The position numbers were made by a program, and so were the translations under genes. Of a DNA stretch of 64,000 nt, positions 26,032 through 41,322 are shown one piece after another. The first letter of the stretch is position 1. Every line of letters starts with the position of its first letter. Source of the stretch: Bigelowiella natans CCMP2755 (taxonomy: Eukaryota > Protista > Cercozoa); contig ADNK01001542.1 of NCBI GenBank assembly GCA_000320545.1, forward strand, positions 1 through 64,000, given 5' to 3'. The notes under the pieces are model-generated. The model did no database searches. It saw only the letters and a list, made by a program, of their open reading frames with translations, and was not told the origin of the DNA.

Positions 26032-28155
26032 TTAATAAAACCTTTGAATCACTTCCAGAAACTGTTGGTTTGTGAATAATTTGTCCACCTGTATCCTAAA
26101 TCATTTTAGCCCGTACTTTAGCCCGTACTTAAATGCTCATAGTTTTTTGATTAACGTAAGAAAGAATAGAATTTTTCTACCTTTCCATCAACGAGAACGA
26201 ATATATTCTCTGTTAATCCGTCTTTATGACGGTTTTGTGACATGTGCCGTAACTTATTGTCAGATTTAAGTTGGTCAACTCCGTTCTCGGCAATAGCCTC
26301 TTCAGCGAGAATAATTATGTCTCCGTCGATGATTAACTCACCTAATGTATAGGAAACATCATATCCCTATATCCCTATTGCCCTATTGCTATGAATTAGC
26401 TGGTAAAATTTTAGACTGTTGTGACATTTACCATCGAGCAAAATCTTAAATGAGACCCTTTCTGGCCTTCTTGTTGTCAAAAATACCTCGGGATTATCGA
26501 AAACGCGAACTGAGAAACATAATTTGGTAAATATTAATTGTCGGATATACCACACGCAATCTCATAGTGAAATTGATTCTTTGAGTCTCATCGGAGTCAT
26601 TTAGAAACCGCTCGTTGGCATCATACCTAAGATGCAATCAGGTTCTATTCTTCTCATCTAACGTGATCGAAAATTATATCACTTGATCTTGCTTAGAATA
26701 TTGAGCTTTTGGAGTTTTTGGTAGCTCATGTCGACAATATTTCCTTCAATCTATAGAATGTGTAGGTATTGTAAATTTTTAGATACACTTTGAAATCTGC
26801 ACATGACCCTGTAAACGTTTATCGATCGATGGTATCGAATAGATGAATGATCATAAGGACCTGTTGAAAAAGGATTAGTTACATTTGTGATCAAGGGCAG
26901 TGATGTCATGATACCCTGCCAGGTTTCGAAGAAACCTCGCATGGAGTCCCTATAAAAACTTTAATTATCAAAAAAAGATTCATCAACTAGAAAGGAAGGA
27001 CACCTACCCCTTTCTCTCCTCTTTAGTACTGAGTGTCAATCGTCGAAATATTTTAGTAAGTTCTTTATGCTGCCGAGTGGATTGGAAAAAATGAAACATT
27101 GTTGACCATTCGAATTAATGTTTTGTTAAAGCAGGAAAACCTGATCAATTTTTAACCTTACAGCCCCCTTGACCCTTTTGTTTAAAAATTTGATAATCTG
27201 CAATGGTTTGAAAAATATTCAGTGACGAACGTAATAGACCTACGGCTTTATGGGTTACAACAGGTGTCATACTTGCAAGTTCTCTTCGAGCACCATTTTT
27301 GCTAATTGAGCTCTTTCAAATTAGGAACACATTGTTAATTACAAAAGCAAATAGCATAGAATTCGATTTTGTAGAACTAATGATATATAAAATATAAAAC
27401 CCAACAGTTTAACTGAATTTTAAATGCAACATAAAATCAGTTTTGCATGGGATGTATACAGCCATAATCTAATGTTGAGTCTTCCAACCTGTGGTGAATA
27501 TCTCTAAGCCTGAAGAATAGTTCAGGAGGTTTCAACACGTCTACCAAAGACGAAGAAGAATAGTTTCCCATCAAAACTGCATTCCCTCCCTTGCTTGCTT
27601 TTATGGAAGTCAATTTTGGATTATAATTGAAAGAAGCAACTTCTTCTTCAGCATGATCAAAGTCAAATTGAATGCCTGTCCGGGTGAAAATATCACGTAG
27701 AATGAGTTTCAAACGTAAAAGTATAAATGAAAATTTATTGATACAGGTGTTGATGTCTTTGTGCGCCAATTGTCTGGAAACAAATGCATTCATTGTTAGA
27801 AAAATTAGAAACCAACGGCGGGAACGATCAAGCTAATTATACCTTATGAATCTTCGACAAAACTCGAAATGATCCACCATTGTACTATCTCCACTCTAAC
27901 CATAATGATCGGTGTCATACGGGTACAAAATCGAAGACTTTCTCCCTAGTTTGTACAATACTGGTAACTACGTACCTCCAATGCACTCTTTCGATCTTCT
28001 TCTAGTTGTTTTAGAATGAAACCCTTTGTACGTTCGAAAGCCCACTTAGGATGGTATGTATTCATTAATCTATCAAAAAGAAGCATTTAACCCAGTTCTC
28101 CTCAGTATCAGGATCGTTCACGATGCTCGTATACCTAAAAAATATTGGCAAAAAA

Positions 28156-28203
<48 letters not shown>

Positions 28204-28505
28204 TATGTAGTTGAGAGCCCATACCTCGGATTTGAGAGTGTAAACCATAACTATTTTTGTAAGAAGATGAAGTTGAGATCTCCCATGATTCAAATTTATC
28301 AGCCATTTAATATTTTATTCTACCTGGATACAGTCACTCCGTGAAATTCGTTTGATCTGCGGTAGAATAGAATGGATTTAAATTTTGTAAATGAATCAAA
28401 TTTGTCATGACTACAGTGTTACATTTGCATGGGATGGTGGCTTAGATGGATTTATTCCTGCAAAAGTAAGAGATTGACAATCTCAATAATAACAAAAGTG
28501 AAACG

Positions 28506-28540
<35 letters not shown>

Positions 28541-31500
28541 CTACTCATACCTCCAAACTAACATATCAAACCTGGCATTGCATTTTGATTCAAAATCGGG
28601 AGCTGTTCGTGTTGCTGTACATGTCTCGCCTGATTCTTCTCTCGAACGACAAAGTCCTCATACCTTCAACGTATTGAAGAAATAGATATCAAAATTAATG
28701 AAAATTTCTAGCTATGTTTCTTGGTTGATTATGTTGCCTCGGAGTCCAAGATATGCATTCGACATTGTGCCAAATTGGAAGTTCTTGATCAGCCTTTAGT
28801 ATCATTTGTAAAGCATGAGAGACATTCCAGCTTGGATGGATAGATTTACCATAAAAAGATCCAATCTTAAGTTCATATACACATCAGGTATCTCCCTCCA
28901 TCTGGTGCGAAGCAACTTTACGGACATACTTTCATTGATGGTGATACCGAGAATAATATACCGTTGCGGCTTAGAAGCTAACAGAATCCACGGATTGCTA
29001 TTAGTTTTATGATCACTTTCTTCACAATATAGTGTCTCCTCAAATCTGTAGTGTTGTAAACCAAGAATAAAAAGTTGAAGGAGTTGCAAATATTAGTTTT
29101 TTGCAAACAGTGTTTTCTAACGTTATTCCTCCGCTTAAATCGGTAATGTAATCTTTTAGCTCATGACGCAAGGTAAGTGCCCAAGTCATAATACCTTAAG
29201 AGAGAAATGTTTCAAATTTCGATGTTGTGTTTTGTTTAGCTTTTCTATTAGTTTAACTTGTTTCTTGTATCTTGTGAGTTATCGTAGGTGCCAGGGTGTC
29301 CAAATAAGGTACTAAAAAACGATGAACCTGATAGAATATATATCATAAATAACTGAAGCTAGTCTCACGAGTTGTATCGCCTCGTCCTACTGCTCTGATC
29401 GGGATCTGCAAGGATACACTATTCCACACGGAGCGCTCCTATGAATATGTATTACGCAGCTATTATAATCACTTTAAGAACAAAGGGTACAGCCAAAGTA
29501 GATCTAGTTACTAGAAGAAATTCTTGGAGAAGTTCCCGATTTTCTTTCGAATAAAGTGATTGAATATATTCTGCAAAAAAACACATGCAAGATTACAGAG
29601 TAATGTGACAATGATATCTGCAAATGCTGTATTACCATTACTATCAAGGTTTTTAGTTTCAAAACTGGAAGATTTATTTTCATCTTCCAACTCTGCGTCT
29701 ATTAGAGTCTTCTCGTTTCTTGTACGTAATGCACGATTAAGTTCCCTTGCTTTTTCGGCCTTTAGGTAACTAGAATTATATACATATAGATATCAAAAAG
29801 GGTGATATTATTCGGATTCGAAATTTTACATTACTCTACAAAAATATAAAACGGAGATTCCTTGTAAGTTGCAACACTTATACCTGTAAAAACATGAATC
29901 TTGTTACTCAATATGTTTATGGTAAATAAAATTTATCATGGTCACCGCGACTGTAATTTCCAAGGCTCTCGTTATCATCGTCATTATTTTTGCTTGTCCC
30001 CCCTTTACGATCAAATTCGCTGTTAAGTTCAAATTAATGATTATCAAATGATCCGTAAAGAAAGTAATATGGCTTTCGATGTGATTTATATGACCTCTCT
30101 TCAACTTCCTGCCTGTGTCGATTCAACCTTTCATGAGTGTAAAATTAAGGCAATGAAGCGACAGATCATCGTTGACTGATACCATGGCAAGAAATTTATC
30201 ACGCGCAATGCTTCCTTGATTGCATGTGGTGATGGGCTTTTCCCTTTCGACTGGGGACTAATATAGAGCTCTGCTAGATGTCTAAAGAAGAGATGTAAGT
30301 GCTTCAACATGTTGTTCCTTGTTTAACATCGAATTCAATCTACATGAAATAAGAATTTAACCTTACGGCGTCGTTTCTTCCCTTGACCATTGTGAGAATA
30401 AGTTTCAAGCATCGATGCGGAACAACCTAATAATAGCAGCCCTCCTATTTGCCATATGTATTGTATGCACTTAGCTCTTAAACATTGCTCACCGATTGCG
30501 TTCCTCTGAGAACATTGTCTAGTTTTTGAATAGAGGTCTGATGAAGATATATAATACGCTGTATGGATCAATATGCAAGATTCATAAAAATATTTAGAGA
30601 TAAACCGAACCTCAGCAATGCAGCGGATGAGTATCTCACCGACCATACACTACAAAAGCATACGCAGATGCTTAAATGTTAAATAGTTATCTGTTAAACT
30701 CTCCTCTACTTGTCGATAGTCTCCTTCTAAAGCATTGTAAAGCAGCTTCGCTATCTGAAAAACAAGAACAAATTTAACTTCCAAAAGGATACTACTTAGA
30801 GGAACAAATAAACGAATCGTCTCCACTAGCATGCTGCGTACCGGCTTAATAGCCTCTATCAACGGTTCGAGAAGCTGCGTCGTCAGCTTAGTCACGAGAC
30901 TTTCAGACATCTGTGATTAACAGTGAATATATTTATAATAGGTTTTTAAAAGTGGGACTTCTATACAAACCCTTTTTATGGAATCCATATGAATCGCCAT
31001 CTTGTCATAGTTTCTAAGTAGGTTTAATAAACATATAATTTGACGAATAAACTTAAAAGATTAAAAGTTATTTTACCTAAGTTTTGCTTCCCTTTCCATT
31101 TCTATGAAGGCATTTCTCTTCAAATAAGATCCACCTATAAAGGAACAAATAAAATAAATAAATATACATAGTTATAACTCTTTAGTGAAAATGTGACCCT
31201 TTTTTTCCGTATTGCCTCTGGTATTTTCCACTATCCAACTGGCATATCATCAAAATATTTAACTTCAATGACACAGTAGTCTAATACTAATGTACATATG
31301 CACCTCAGGCTTTCAAGAGGAGGCTCTGTAGCAAAAGTAAATATTAGATTCCTCTGTTCATAAACCGTTTTGCATTAATCATACTTAGGACTCTTTTTAG
31401 TTTTTGCCACATTGGACCAGAAGATAAAACCGACTGGAACAGCTGGAAAATATGCATGAAAATGGAAACTAATAAAAAAGTATCTTTTACTAACCATCCA

Positions 31501-34500
31501 TGGTAGGGATCCAGGTACTAAGATTTGCAGATTTCGATTGCTTTGATTAGCTCCCTTGGTACTACTGTGATTGCGATTAACTGCTTCTACGTGGTGATTT
31601 AAGACTAGTTGAAGGAACTTGTGAAGCCTTTTAAATGATCAATAAAAAAAGACTTTTACCAAGCATCAGATAAAGAAGAAAAATGATGAAATCTATAAAC
31701 TTATATGGGTACCTTTTCACATGTGTTCTATTATGAGCGTTATAGACTGATTGAACAAAACGTGCGAATAATTTTCCGTCTGCCTCTCCCGCCATTTGTA
31801 GTCGACTACATACAAAATTGAATGTGATACTCAACTGATGTTTTATATTGCAGTACCTCTTTCTAGCCCGATGATTGTTTTTATAGCCAGGTAAGTTAGC
31901 CAAATAGATATGTTTGAATAAATCCGATGGGCACATATGTATTCGAGCAAGAGCCCTCTCTAATATATTACATTGAAATCTAGCATACGAGTAATTATGA
32001 TTATATCTATGCGATAAGAACATTTTTAAAATATTTGGCTTACCGTGTAGATTCGGACTTTGATTGTAATTTCTGAGTCGGTTGTTGAGTTTTGGTGTCA
32101 TCTTGAGTGAAAAGGCTGCAAAATGGAAAGCAGAAAAGGACGCTAATCCAGCTAGAGTTATCTTGCTGAACGATAAGGTTACTCTCTGGTTCAGGATCAC
32201 ATGGTATTCCGTTCCTACTAACTGTAATGGGCTGATGGCTTACGATTTGGACTCGTCGAAGAGACTCCTGATATTAAGAATGTTGATTAATCGTCCAATT
32301 ATTGCCATCACATCATCAAATTAAATGGTTCTAGTACAAAACCTTTTATGCATGGAAATCTAAGTTTACTATCGTACCTTTTTATTAATCTTGTGATGTT
32401 TGGCAATGCGCTCAATCAAGGCTGAACGAACTAATGAACTAATCCAAGAGTATCTGACGGAAACGATGAAATGAATTATCTCAATATAGGAAAAGATTAT
32501 TTGTTACCTGTCCAATGCATCTGAGTATTTCTGCATCAAACTTTCGTATATTAAGCACTAAAATATTATTGAAAATGTTTTTCCAGTATGAAAATCCATT
32601 TGAGTAATTTACTTGATCCTGGATCTGAATGCGGAGGAATCTAGTCCTTTCACTATTTTCAATACTGGAAATATATTGGTACATTTGAACGTCCGTTTCA
32701 TGATATATCAGTTTTAATAGATGACAAAATCACCTTTCGTGAAGTCTCTGCTTAGCAGTGAACAGGTGTTGCTGATGTGAAAGCTTCCCTGGATCAACTA
32801 AAATCTGGCCTTTTATTTTCTCCAGGGATGTCTTTTCTATTTTATCTTTGCGCAGTTTACCTTTTTCTTTTGAATCATTGAATACCTAGAACGAATAACT
32901 AATGTGACTTTCCATATCGTAGTTACTGGTAAGAGAACCTTGTTTCCTTCTTCATATTCCCTAATTTAATAACATGGCAATATTTATTTTCAAAAATAGC
33001 TGAGGGTTGTCTAAAATTGGAGGGGGAAAACATTCTGCTGTATTTCTTCGTTTATATTTTTTCTGAAAGCTTAGAAAATTGTACATGATACGTCCAAACT
33101 CTAAGTTTATACTTACTGTGACTGATGTTCTAGAATCTGTGGATCGAATGCTGGAATACACTAATGAGTTCGGAAGTAAGAGCACAAAACGATAGTAATA
33201 AAACATCCTCAAAGCCTTCAGGTTCTTTAATGTATTTATAAGCTTCCTACCTTGGGTTCGACTTGTGCAAGATTTCCTTTTGCATCTCCGAAGCCGAGTC
33301 TACCTTCAGCCATATGGCCCCAAGCGTACACCTTCAATATATGGTAATGATCATTTTCTTGCAAGTAGTGTATATTAAAAAAAATTGTTTGAAAAAGTAA
33401 CAAATTTATGAATATTTACGTGTCCTGTTATGTAGGAGGCCGCTATTGAGTGTGTTCCATGGCAGCACACTATATCATGCCAGGAACAAATAATTCAGGA
33501 GCTGTCCAGCAGTGGTTTGTGCTCTTTTACCATGAGTAATGACGGCATCCGACAGTGAGGGGATTACTACTGGAGAATAAACCTTTTGCGACAGGGAACG
33601 GGGTTAATATTCATAATTGTTGGCTCTTGCAGATGGTAATTGTTCACCATTTCTCCCAATTTGTGATTTATTTCTGTAATTGTAGAGGGTGTAGAGTCTT
33701 CAATATCTGAAACAAAGGCTTCACTCAAACACTTAAAGAGTTAAAAAAGCCTTCCATATGTCTATAAGCAGGAATCCGAACAATGAAAATTTCAAACCAA
33801 GATCATGATTGCCCCCATTATCCGTGGCAGAAGTAGTTTCTTCTTTCTCAATGAATTGCTTAAAAGTAGTCACATTTCCTATTCCGAGACAACCAAACCT
33901 AAATTTGCAGCAGAAGGCTTTAATATCTAGTCTTTAAATGCAAAGTGTCTTAGTTTCTTAACTTTGAGCTCCCGAAAGAAATCACCTTATAAAAAAGGGA
34001 AGTAAGTCCGTGAAATCTTTTGATGACATTTAATGTTTTTCTTCATATACCTTTGGATTCTCTTCGTTGATGGAGACTAATACTAAGGAGTGCCTACGTA
34101 TTGATTGCTAAGGGATAACCATCCTTCTAAATTGCATGATGGTTTCAAAAATAAACATTCAATTAGAAAAATAAACCTGTCTGCGATAGAGAGTGAATGA
34201 AATTGAGTGGTTATTCTTCTTAATTTTCTTTTCCTGTAGCTGGACATGTGGAATACTGATTCTATAGAAACCGTCCCCGGTATAATTTGATGCGGGGTTG
34301 GTACCTGTAAATTTGCACAGTGAAGAACTGACAGTAATTTATACAGAAATCCATTTACCGCAGTTCTCCATACGCCGCAAACTAATCCCCAACCCCAAAG
34401 TTCTTGACTATTTTTAAAATCAGCATTCGGAGTAACTTTGAATGTCATATAAAATACTAAGTTTTATTGCAACTTATTCCTGTTTTTCTTGTCCACAATT

Positions 34501-37500
34501 ACTGCCATAGAGCAACTAAAAAGTAAAACGGTTTAGATTTATTACGGTAATCGAACAAGCGCTCCTATTAATTACCAAGGGCCTGCTACCAAAGTTGATA
34601 CCAACAGTTCCGACGTAGTATCATTTGTACTAACATTGCTGGAGGAGTCTTGAATCTTTCTACTGTTACCCCGAATCCAAGTCTTAACCTTCATTGATGC
34701 TTGAGTAAAAACATATTGCGCACTACGTTCGACTTTAGTCACGCAACCTTTGTTGGGGTGTATCGATTTTCAAAGTCTTCTGTTCCAAGCCTCCCATCCG
34801 TGCCACATCCCATTGCGAAAACACAAGTGTAGAGAGCATTTGTATTCTTGGTGCTTCCTCTTTCATCGCTATTGATTCATATGATTTATATGTAAAATTC
34901 TAACGAAATACCAAGAGACAGCAGTTACCTATGTACTGTGAGGATGAGAGTATGTTCTAATCCGAGAGAAGCCTGCGAATGAAGAAAACTTATTTCTAAA
35001 TTGGTAACACTAGTTCTTGAATTTCAACCTGAAGTCCTAAGTTATAAATCGCATTTTCCATACTGCTATCGAAGTAGCTATCCAAATATATTATCATTGC
35101 CCTATTAGGTCTGTTCAAATTGTTGGCTTACCCTTCGTTCACTCCATCTGGTACTGAATTTACTTTCGCCTTATAAACTGGTTGTATCTTTAGTTCTAGA
35201 AGCTTGGGAGACGCACTTTCAACCACGTTCCTTTATGCAGTCAAATGACGAAGGAACATCAAGATATCAAATAGATTACCTGCCCAGTCCCAGCTGACCA
35301 TTTCTTCCATCTCCCCACATATAAAGACTTGGAAATCTTCCATGAAAAAAGAAATCGTTCCCTTTAGTAATTTACGATTCGGGCTTGATCCATTTGTTTG
35401 AGTACTTCTTCTCATTTTTATTCGGTTGATCTGGAACTGCGCATGAATGTTTTCCACCACCAAAGACGTACATTATATGCGTGCCCTGAGCCATAAAGTT
35501 CAAAAATATGTTTTTGCAAATGCAAGCGAACATAATTTCAAAGCTGATTTGCAAAGTTTTGATCCTATTAATTTGTGTTTTGCCTATTGGATTCATTTCG
35601 CATAAATATAGCAACTCCTACTAGTACCTGGAGAAGCTCTACCAGCTGGGGTCTACCAAGTTTTAAGTTTTATTTTAGGTCATGGAATAAATTCCACATA
35701 AAATAGATATAATTTTGGCTACCTGTTTCGATTTTGCTTGTGATTCAACCCTAGCTGTCCGCAATCATTTAATCTAAAGAAAGCATCTTGTACATTTATT
35801 ATAGTAATGTTTATTTTTTAGCAATACCCCCAAGAATATACGCTTCCATCTGAAGTTGCCACGAGTGAGTGATAATCTCCGCAACCAATCTATGCATTAT
35901 GAGTTGAGTATCAATTGAAAACCACTCTCATCTTGAGTTCTCAATACCTGAGTAACTAAGATTTGGGGTTGTATCTCTTCCGATAACATATATTTGGGAT
36001 CTAAATTTCCTACCAAAAATGTAGTTGAGCACATCAATTCACAAACAATATTTCATGAACTTACCTTGACTTTCAAAATAGACTCTAACAGGAATAGCAG
36101 CTTCGTCGTGAAATCCAGTTCCAATCTTCAAATTATATTGATGCACATTCGACGTGGTAGATTAAAATGATGATAGTTATTTCAAAGGTATTGATGAGTT
36201 TGCAAGCAACCTGTCCATTAGAATTGCTTCCCCAAGCCATTAAGTAGCCCCCATCTTTAGATTCCCGTTTTCCTGTTTTAAATTTGTACTCTTCGATTGT
36301 TGAAACTATCATCACGAAACTAGTTACCAAGGCGAGCTACGGTATGCTTTTTACCACAAGAAATCTAGCAATTGAGCAGTTTAAGTTCTGAATTACAAGT
36401 CATTCAGCGGCATTTTCAATACCTGGTGTACTCGACTTTGATGGAAGTAACTCCAAGTCTATAGGTGAAGTGACTTAGTAAATGGTTAGTAGATGCATTG
36501 AATTACCTTTTTTTCAGGAAATTGAAACCCGACAACAGATTTTGGGCTTAACGCGTTCTTCTGTCCATATCCATTGACTAAAAAAGGTTCTCTGGCAAAA
36601 CATCGAGCTATTAATTAAATCTCGGAATGCAATTATTACAGTTTGAAGATACTTTAATACCCTAAAAATCGTTTGTTCAAAATGTCCAAATTTTTGTCAT
36701 CGCCGATTCCTCCGCATCTGATTAATTAAAAGAGCCAGCATAATACCAAAATTACAAAATATGTTTTCTTTTGATTAGGGTTGTCTACATGTCTACATGA
36801 GTTCGCTAACCTTTTATCAGCAATTGCCCCCCAAGCGAATATTTCTCCATTACGTGTTATAGCCACTGTAAAATCAAATCCGCACTTTGCCTGAAATGGT
36901 AATCTATCAAAGAAATAGTACATTTGACTTTTTATACTACCAAGATAACATTTTCATCCTTTTTCCGAAGACCTACAATTTAAATTTCCAAGTGAAAGTG
37001 TGTTCACACGTTTTCGCACTCGGATACGTACCAAAGTAACGCACTGGGCTCGGTGAAAGAACATTATCCTCGTCCCTATAAATACAAAGAATTTCAAAAT
37101 ATTTTCACAAAGATTAAGATATATACCCATGGCCGAGTTTGCCGAACTGACCTCCTCCCCAAGTATAACTGAGGATATAAAATATCTATTATGATTTTAG
37201 GTAATCAACTAGAATTAATTGCATCTTCCCAACAGTGTATGTGAAGATCCACGTCCCTAATAATTGCAATATTTGTCATTTACGTGTTCAAAAACACTCA
37301 ACGTATAGTTGTATTTCAAAGATTAATCTCATTTATACCTTCACAACTGCGCAAGAGTGATATACATGGCAGCCAATCTATTCAAAAAACTGTTATTTCA
37401 GCATTCAAATATTTATTTATGCCTTTAGTACCCCAGTGACTTGCATCTTTGAAAGACCGTGTATCCGTTTCGGTGTGTATTGATTATGTTCGTCCCCCAA

Positions 37501-39163
37501 GCCAAGGCGTCCATAACTGTTACAATTTGTATTGTGATTCTGAATCTTTGAATATCTAAGACTTTCTAACACACCTTCCAGAGCCCCAAGAATATACGCT
37601 TCCAGTCGCAGTTAGGGCCATTGAATGGAATTCAGCGACCTCAATTTCCACAACCTTAAAAAGGAAGATCAGAGTTGGGCAGGTGATGTGGAATTAACCA
37701 TACTCTATCTTGCCAAGCAACAAGTAATTCTTTTATAAGCTTAGGGGAGGTATGATCCCTCGTGTCTCCATGGCCTACCAAAAAGTAATTGATCAAATTA
37801 CTAGATTTAGAAAAGAAATATTCTTTACCAAGTCGTCCTGCCTTCCCATCACCCCATGAATAGACAGTCCCTGAAACACATATACTTATACACTCAGTGT
37901 GAATTGACTTAGAGAGACAATGCTGAACGCTTACCATCCATACAAAGGGCCATCGCGTATTGTGCACCGCATGCTACCTGCAAGATCTTATTATAAATAT
38001 CGTTAATGTATTCTACAACAAAGAAACCTGTGATATCTTCTTTGGCGTTCCCTTTAATTCGTCCATGACAAAGAATTTTTGGGGCACATGAACTTCTTTT
38101 TTCTATTCAGTAGCAAAGCGTTAAATATATTGTCCAGTGAATCACATAGTAATGGTGGAATATTGATGACCTTCAGTCCAATACCAAGATTGCCATGCAA
38201 ACCTACCCCCTTCGAAGCATAATAGTAGATATTATAACCAGAAACTTAAAACTTATCATTTTGATGATACCCATGAATAACATCTCTGGAAGTCTCTTCC
38301 CACAGCAATTGTAAATGCGCTTCCGCAGGCCACAAATTTGATGTCTTCGTCGTCTTCGAAAGTTACCTAATAAGAAATCGCTTCATTTCATAATAATACG
38401 GATCATGTTGAACCAACCTTCCCATATCTATCGTTCTCGTGCCCAAGCCTGCCATTTGCGCTGGATCCTGGTTGTAATTATGTTTGTGATTATATCATTG
38501 GACTTTTTGATATTTTTTGTTTATATTACCCATCGTGTATAAGGCTCCATCGAAGAGAAAAGCCTAAGTTGCATTTATTCAGATGCACACAGAGTGAGAA
38601 GATGCTGATGCTTTAGGGCAACAGGCAATTACTGTATGACTAGCACCAACAGCAGCTTGTGTGCGTTCGAATCTTCTTACACCTTGGAAAAATCAATTAT
38701 CACTTCGAAATGAAAAGTGCATATAAGTGGTATAGACGAACTTAATCAATTACCGTCAGTCCAGCTCCTTGGGAGATTTAGCTTGTGTGCGTCAAACTCA
38801 GTTATTCCGTCTTCAATGCTCAGCTCCCCATTCAATCCCAATCCCCATCCTGAAAAAAAAGTAACAGTCATTAGAATGCATTGGTCACTTGTATCACTGG
38901 AAATGATAGTTTAGCATTTTGGGTAGATTCTATGACACTGACACAAGACACAAGACACAAGAGCAAGAGAGCACAAGTGCCGTTTGATGTTTTGATAAAC
39001 AACGACTTGCAATGGGGAATATTTTGGAAATATTTTGTAAACATCGCAGATGAACCAAATCAGTATTGTTACCGATTGGATATTGGCCTCCACCCGGAAT
39101 GATCACAGTATGGCTATAGCCACAATGGAGAGCTAGTGCACTCTTGTGCAGTCCGGAAGCCAT
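26032..39163 (-). CDS. Large RCC1-repeat protein with an uncharacterised C-terminal half; dozens of short introns
   Basis: Many RCC1 repeats lie in ~33300-39163 (HCGYSHTV, VACGSAFTIA...YSWG, VYSWGDGKAGRLG|HGD, YTWGGGQFGKLGHG, CGFDFTVAITRNGEIFAWG, IGCGDYHSLVATSDGSVYSWG, YVWGDGRNGQLGLG, YAWGHMAEGRLG). ATG at 39163. The putative last exon VDKLFTNQQFLEVIQRFY* ends at 26032. The region could be more than one gene. Confidence 0.75.
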
Positions 39164-39698
39164 TTTTCCCAGAATCGGTAATATCTTGTCGCTATACTTA
39201 AATCGGCTTGTTTCTAGTGTTTGAGAAGATAAATGGTTGTCGTAGGTCTGAAAAGGAGGGAGATTTCTCGAATGATAAACTGGACTAATAAATCTCATAA
39301 ATAGCCATTTCAAAGCTAAACCTCTCTCGGTAAAACTTCCCAAAAGAATTGTCTCAATAATGGAAAAAACTTGCTAATATTTTATCCCGAAAACTTCCCA
39401 AATATAACTTTCCGTCCGCAATACCAATATTTTCAGTATCAAAAGAATTTGAATTTGAGGCAAATTTTATCCAGAAGGGTCCATTTTTAAATATTCTATT
39501 CTCATTTAGCTTTAGTAAACATATTTTCCCCTGTATTTTCCCGCCGAAGTTACTAACAGGGACTCCTAATTCTTTGAGACAAGGAGGGTATCCTGTACCC
39601 CCCTCCACGATACTGTTTGGTGAGGACTAAGCCGATAGATCTATGCGCAAGCTTTGACTAAAAACTGAGATCCCCGAACACTCTTCGATTATATACCG
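39164..39698. promoter_or_regulatory. Probable bidirectional promoter (RCC1 gene / transporter)
   Basis: About 535 bp between divergent ATGs. Inferred from geometry only. Confidence 0.4.
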
Positions 39699-41291
39699 AT
39701 GAAGAATAGCGAAGGGCTTATAAATCGTCATCAAAATTACCATGACGGGAAGAATGGCGAGACACATAATACCCCTCATCCCCGAACAGTGCATCGTCCG
39801 GAATACCAGACATATCCATTGCGAAAGTCAGTAGAGGCCAATGGTAACGTATACGGGCCAGGTTCTTCCCAAAAGAATAAGCCCTCAAAGTTCATGACGA
39901 ATGCCGAGGTAGCAGCTTTAAGGGAGCTTGAAAGCGTGTTGATTCGAGTCTCTATCATCCACCACCACCCTATATTTGTGATTTTGTTTGCAGCTTTTTC
40001 TGTTTTTTTCCTTTCATGCAAACTTTCAAACTAATTTAGATTTATAGAGAAATAAAATAGAAAGACCCAGAAAACTTCACCACTGCACCGATCCGCCGCC
40101 ATCTCTGATAACACATTGCCCGCAAACATTGACGACTAGCAAATAGCACAAGCCAGACAACATTGACGGCGAGCAAATAGTACATGCAACACTATACTGA
40201 CGACAAGCAAATAACACACACAACACGACAGGCTCGTCCGTCTTGGTCCATCATGGATGAGCTTAATTTCGTAACCCGAACACCAATCTACAAGCCTGCT
40301 CTATCCGACGAGTCAGCAATAAGGCTTGACGATGAATCACACCCGTTTAGCATGCCTCTAATGCTAGGAGAGGCTGCGTCACCTGCTGCCGAGAACAACG
40401 GGGGAGGGATGTTGGTAGACAAAATTGACTTTCCCAGGAAGAAACTCTCAAATTCTGAAGCGGTCTTAATATATATGAAGAGGGAGGAGCATGAATATAT
40501 CGTCATTTAAATGGTAGCAGTGATTTATTACTGGATATTTCTTTGGTACTTTAACTTAGCGTTTCTCCTCTCTTAGTATTCTTGTTTTCCTCCTCAGTTT
40601 CCTTAGTTAAGTTCATGAAACAGGTGTACACCATTGTAAATATATTCGTCGGTCTCGGGATGCTGAGCAAGCCGTACTCCCTAGCAATGGGGGGCTGGGT
40701 TAGCCTTGGAGGCCTGACATTACTCTGCTTCTGGGGAGCGGTAGTAGTTAACAATCACTACTCGTCGAAACAAATATGAGGAGGGAGGGAGGCATGCATG
40801 CTGCTATTGTTGCTGCTACTTCTACACTAGTATAAATAGTTGTAGCAGCGATTACGTTACCATTTCTCTCCTCGCCTCCCTCCTCCTCCTCCTCCTCCTC
40901 CTCCTCCTCCTCCTCCTACACACCTACTACCTCTAGCATAGGAAGTCCATATGAAAACTCGCTGATTTGCATACGAAGCCCTCATTTGATTCTACTTTGG
41001 ATTGCACAATATAATTACTACAAAATTTGTTATTGAGCAATAGTATTTGCTCATAAATATAAACTGATGAATAGGCATCGGGCTTAATCATGATACGGTG
41101 CTTCCAATTGGTGCCTGGATCACGTGTTACCTACCCTCAACTTGGAGAAGCTGCGATGGGGATGGTAACGTCACATACAACAACAATAATAACAACAAGA
41201 AGAAGAATAACGACGATGTTATCCATTACTCTCTCCCCCTCTCTCTCAAATATAAGTATATTCAAGATTACGTGGGATAACACACGCACAC

Positions 41292-41322
<31 letters not shown>

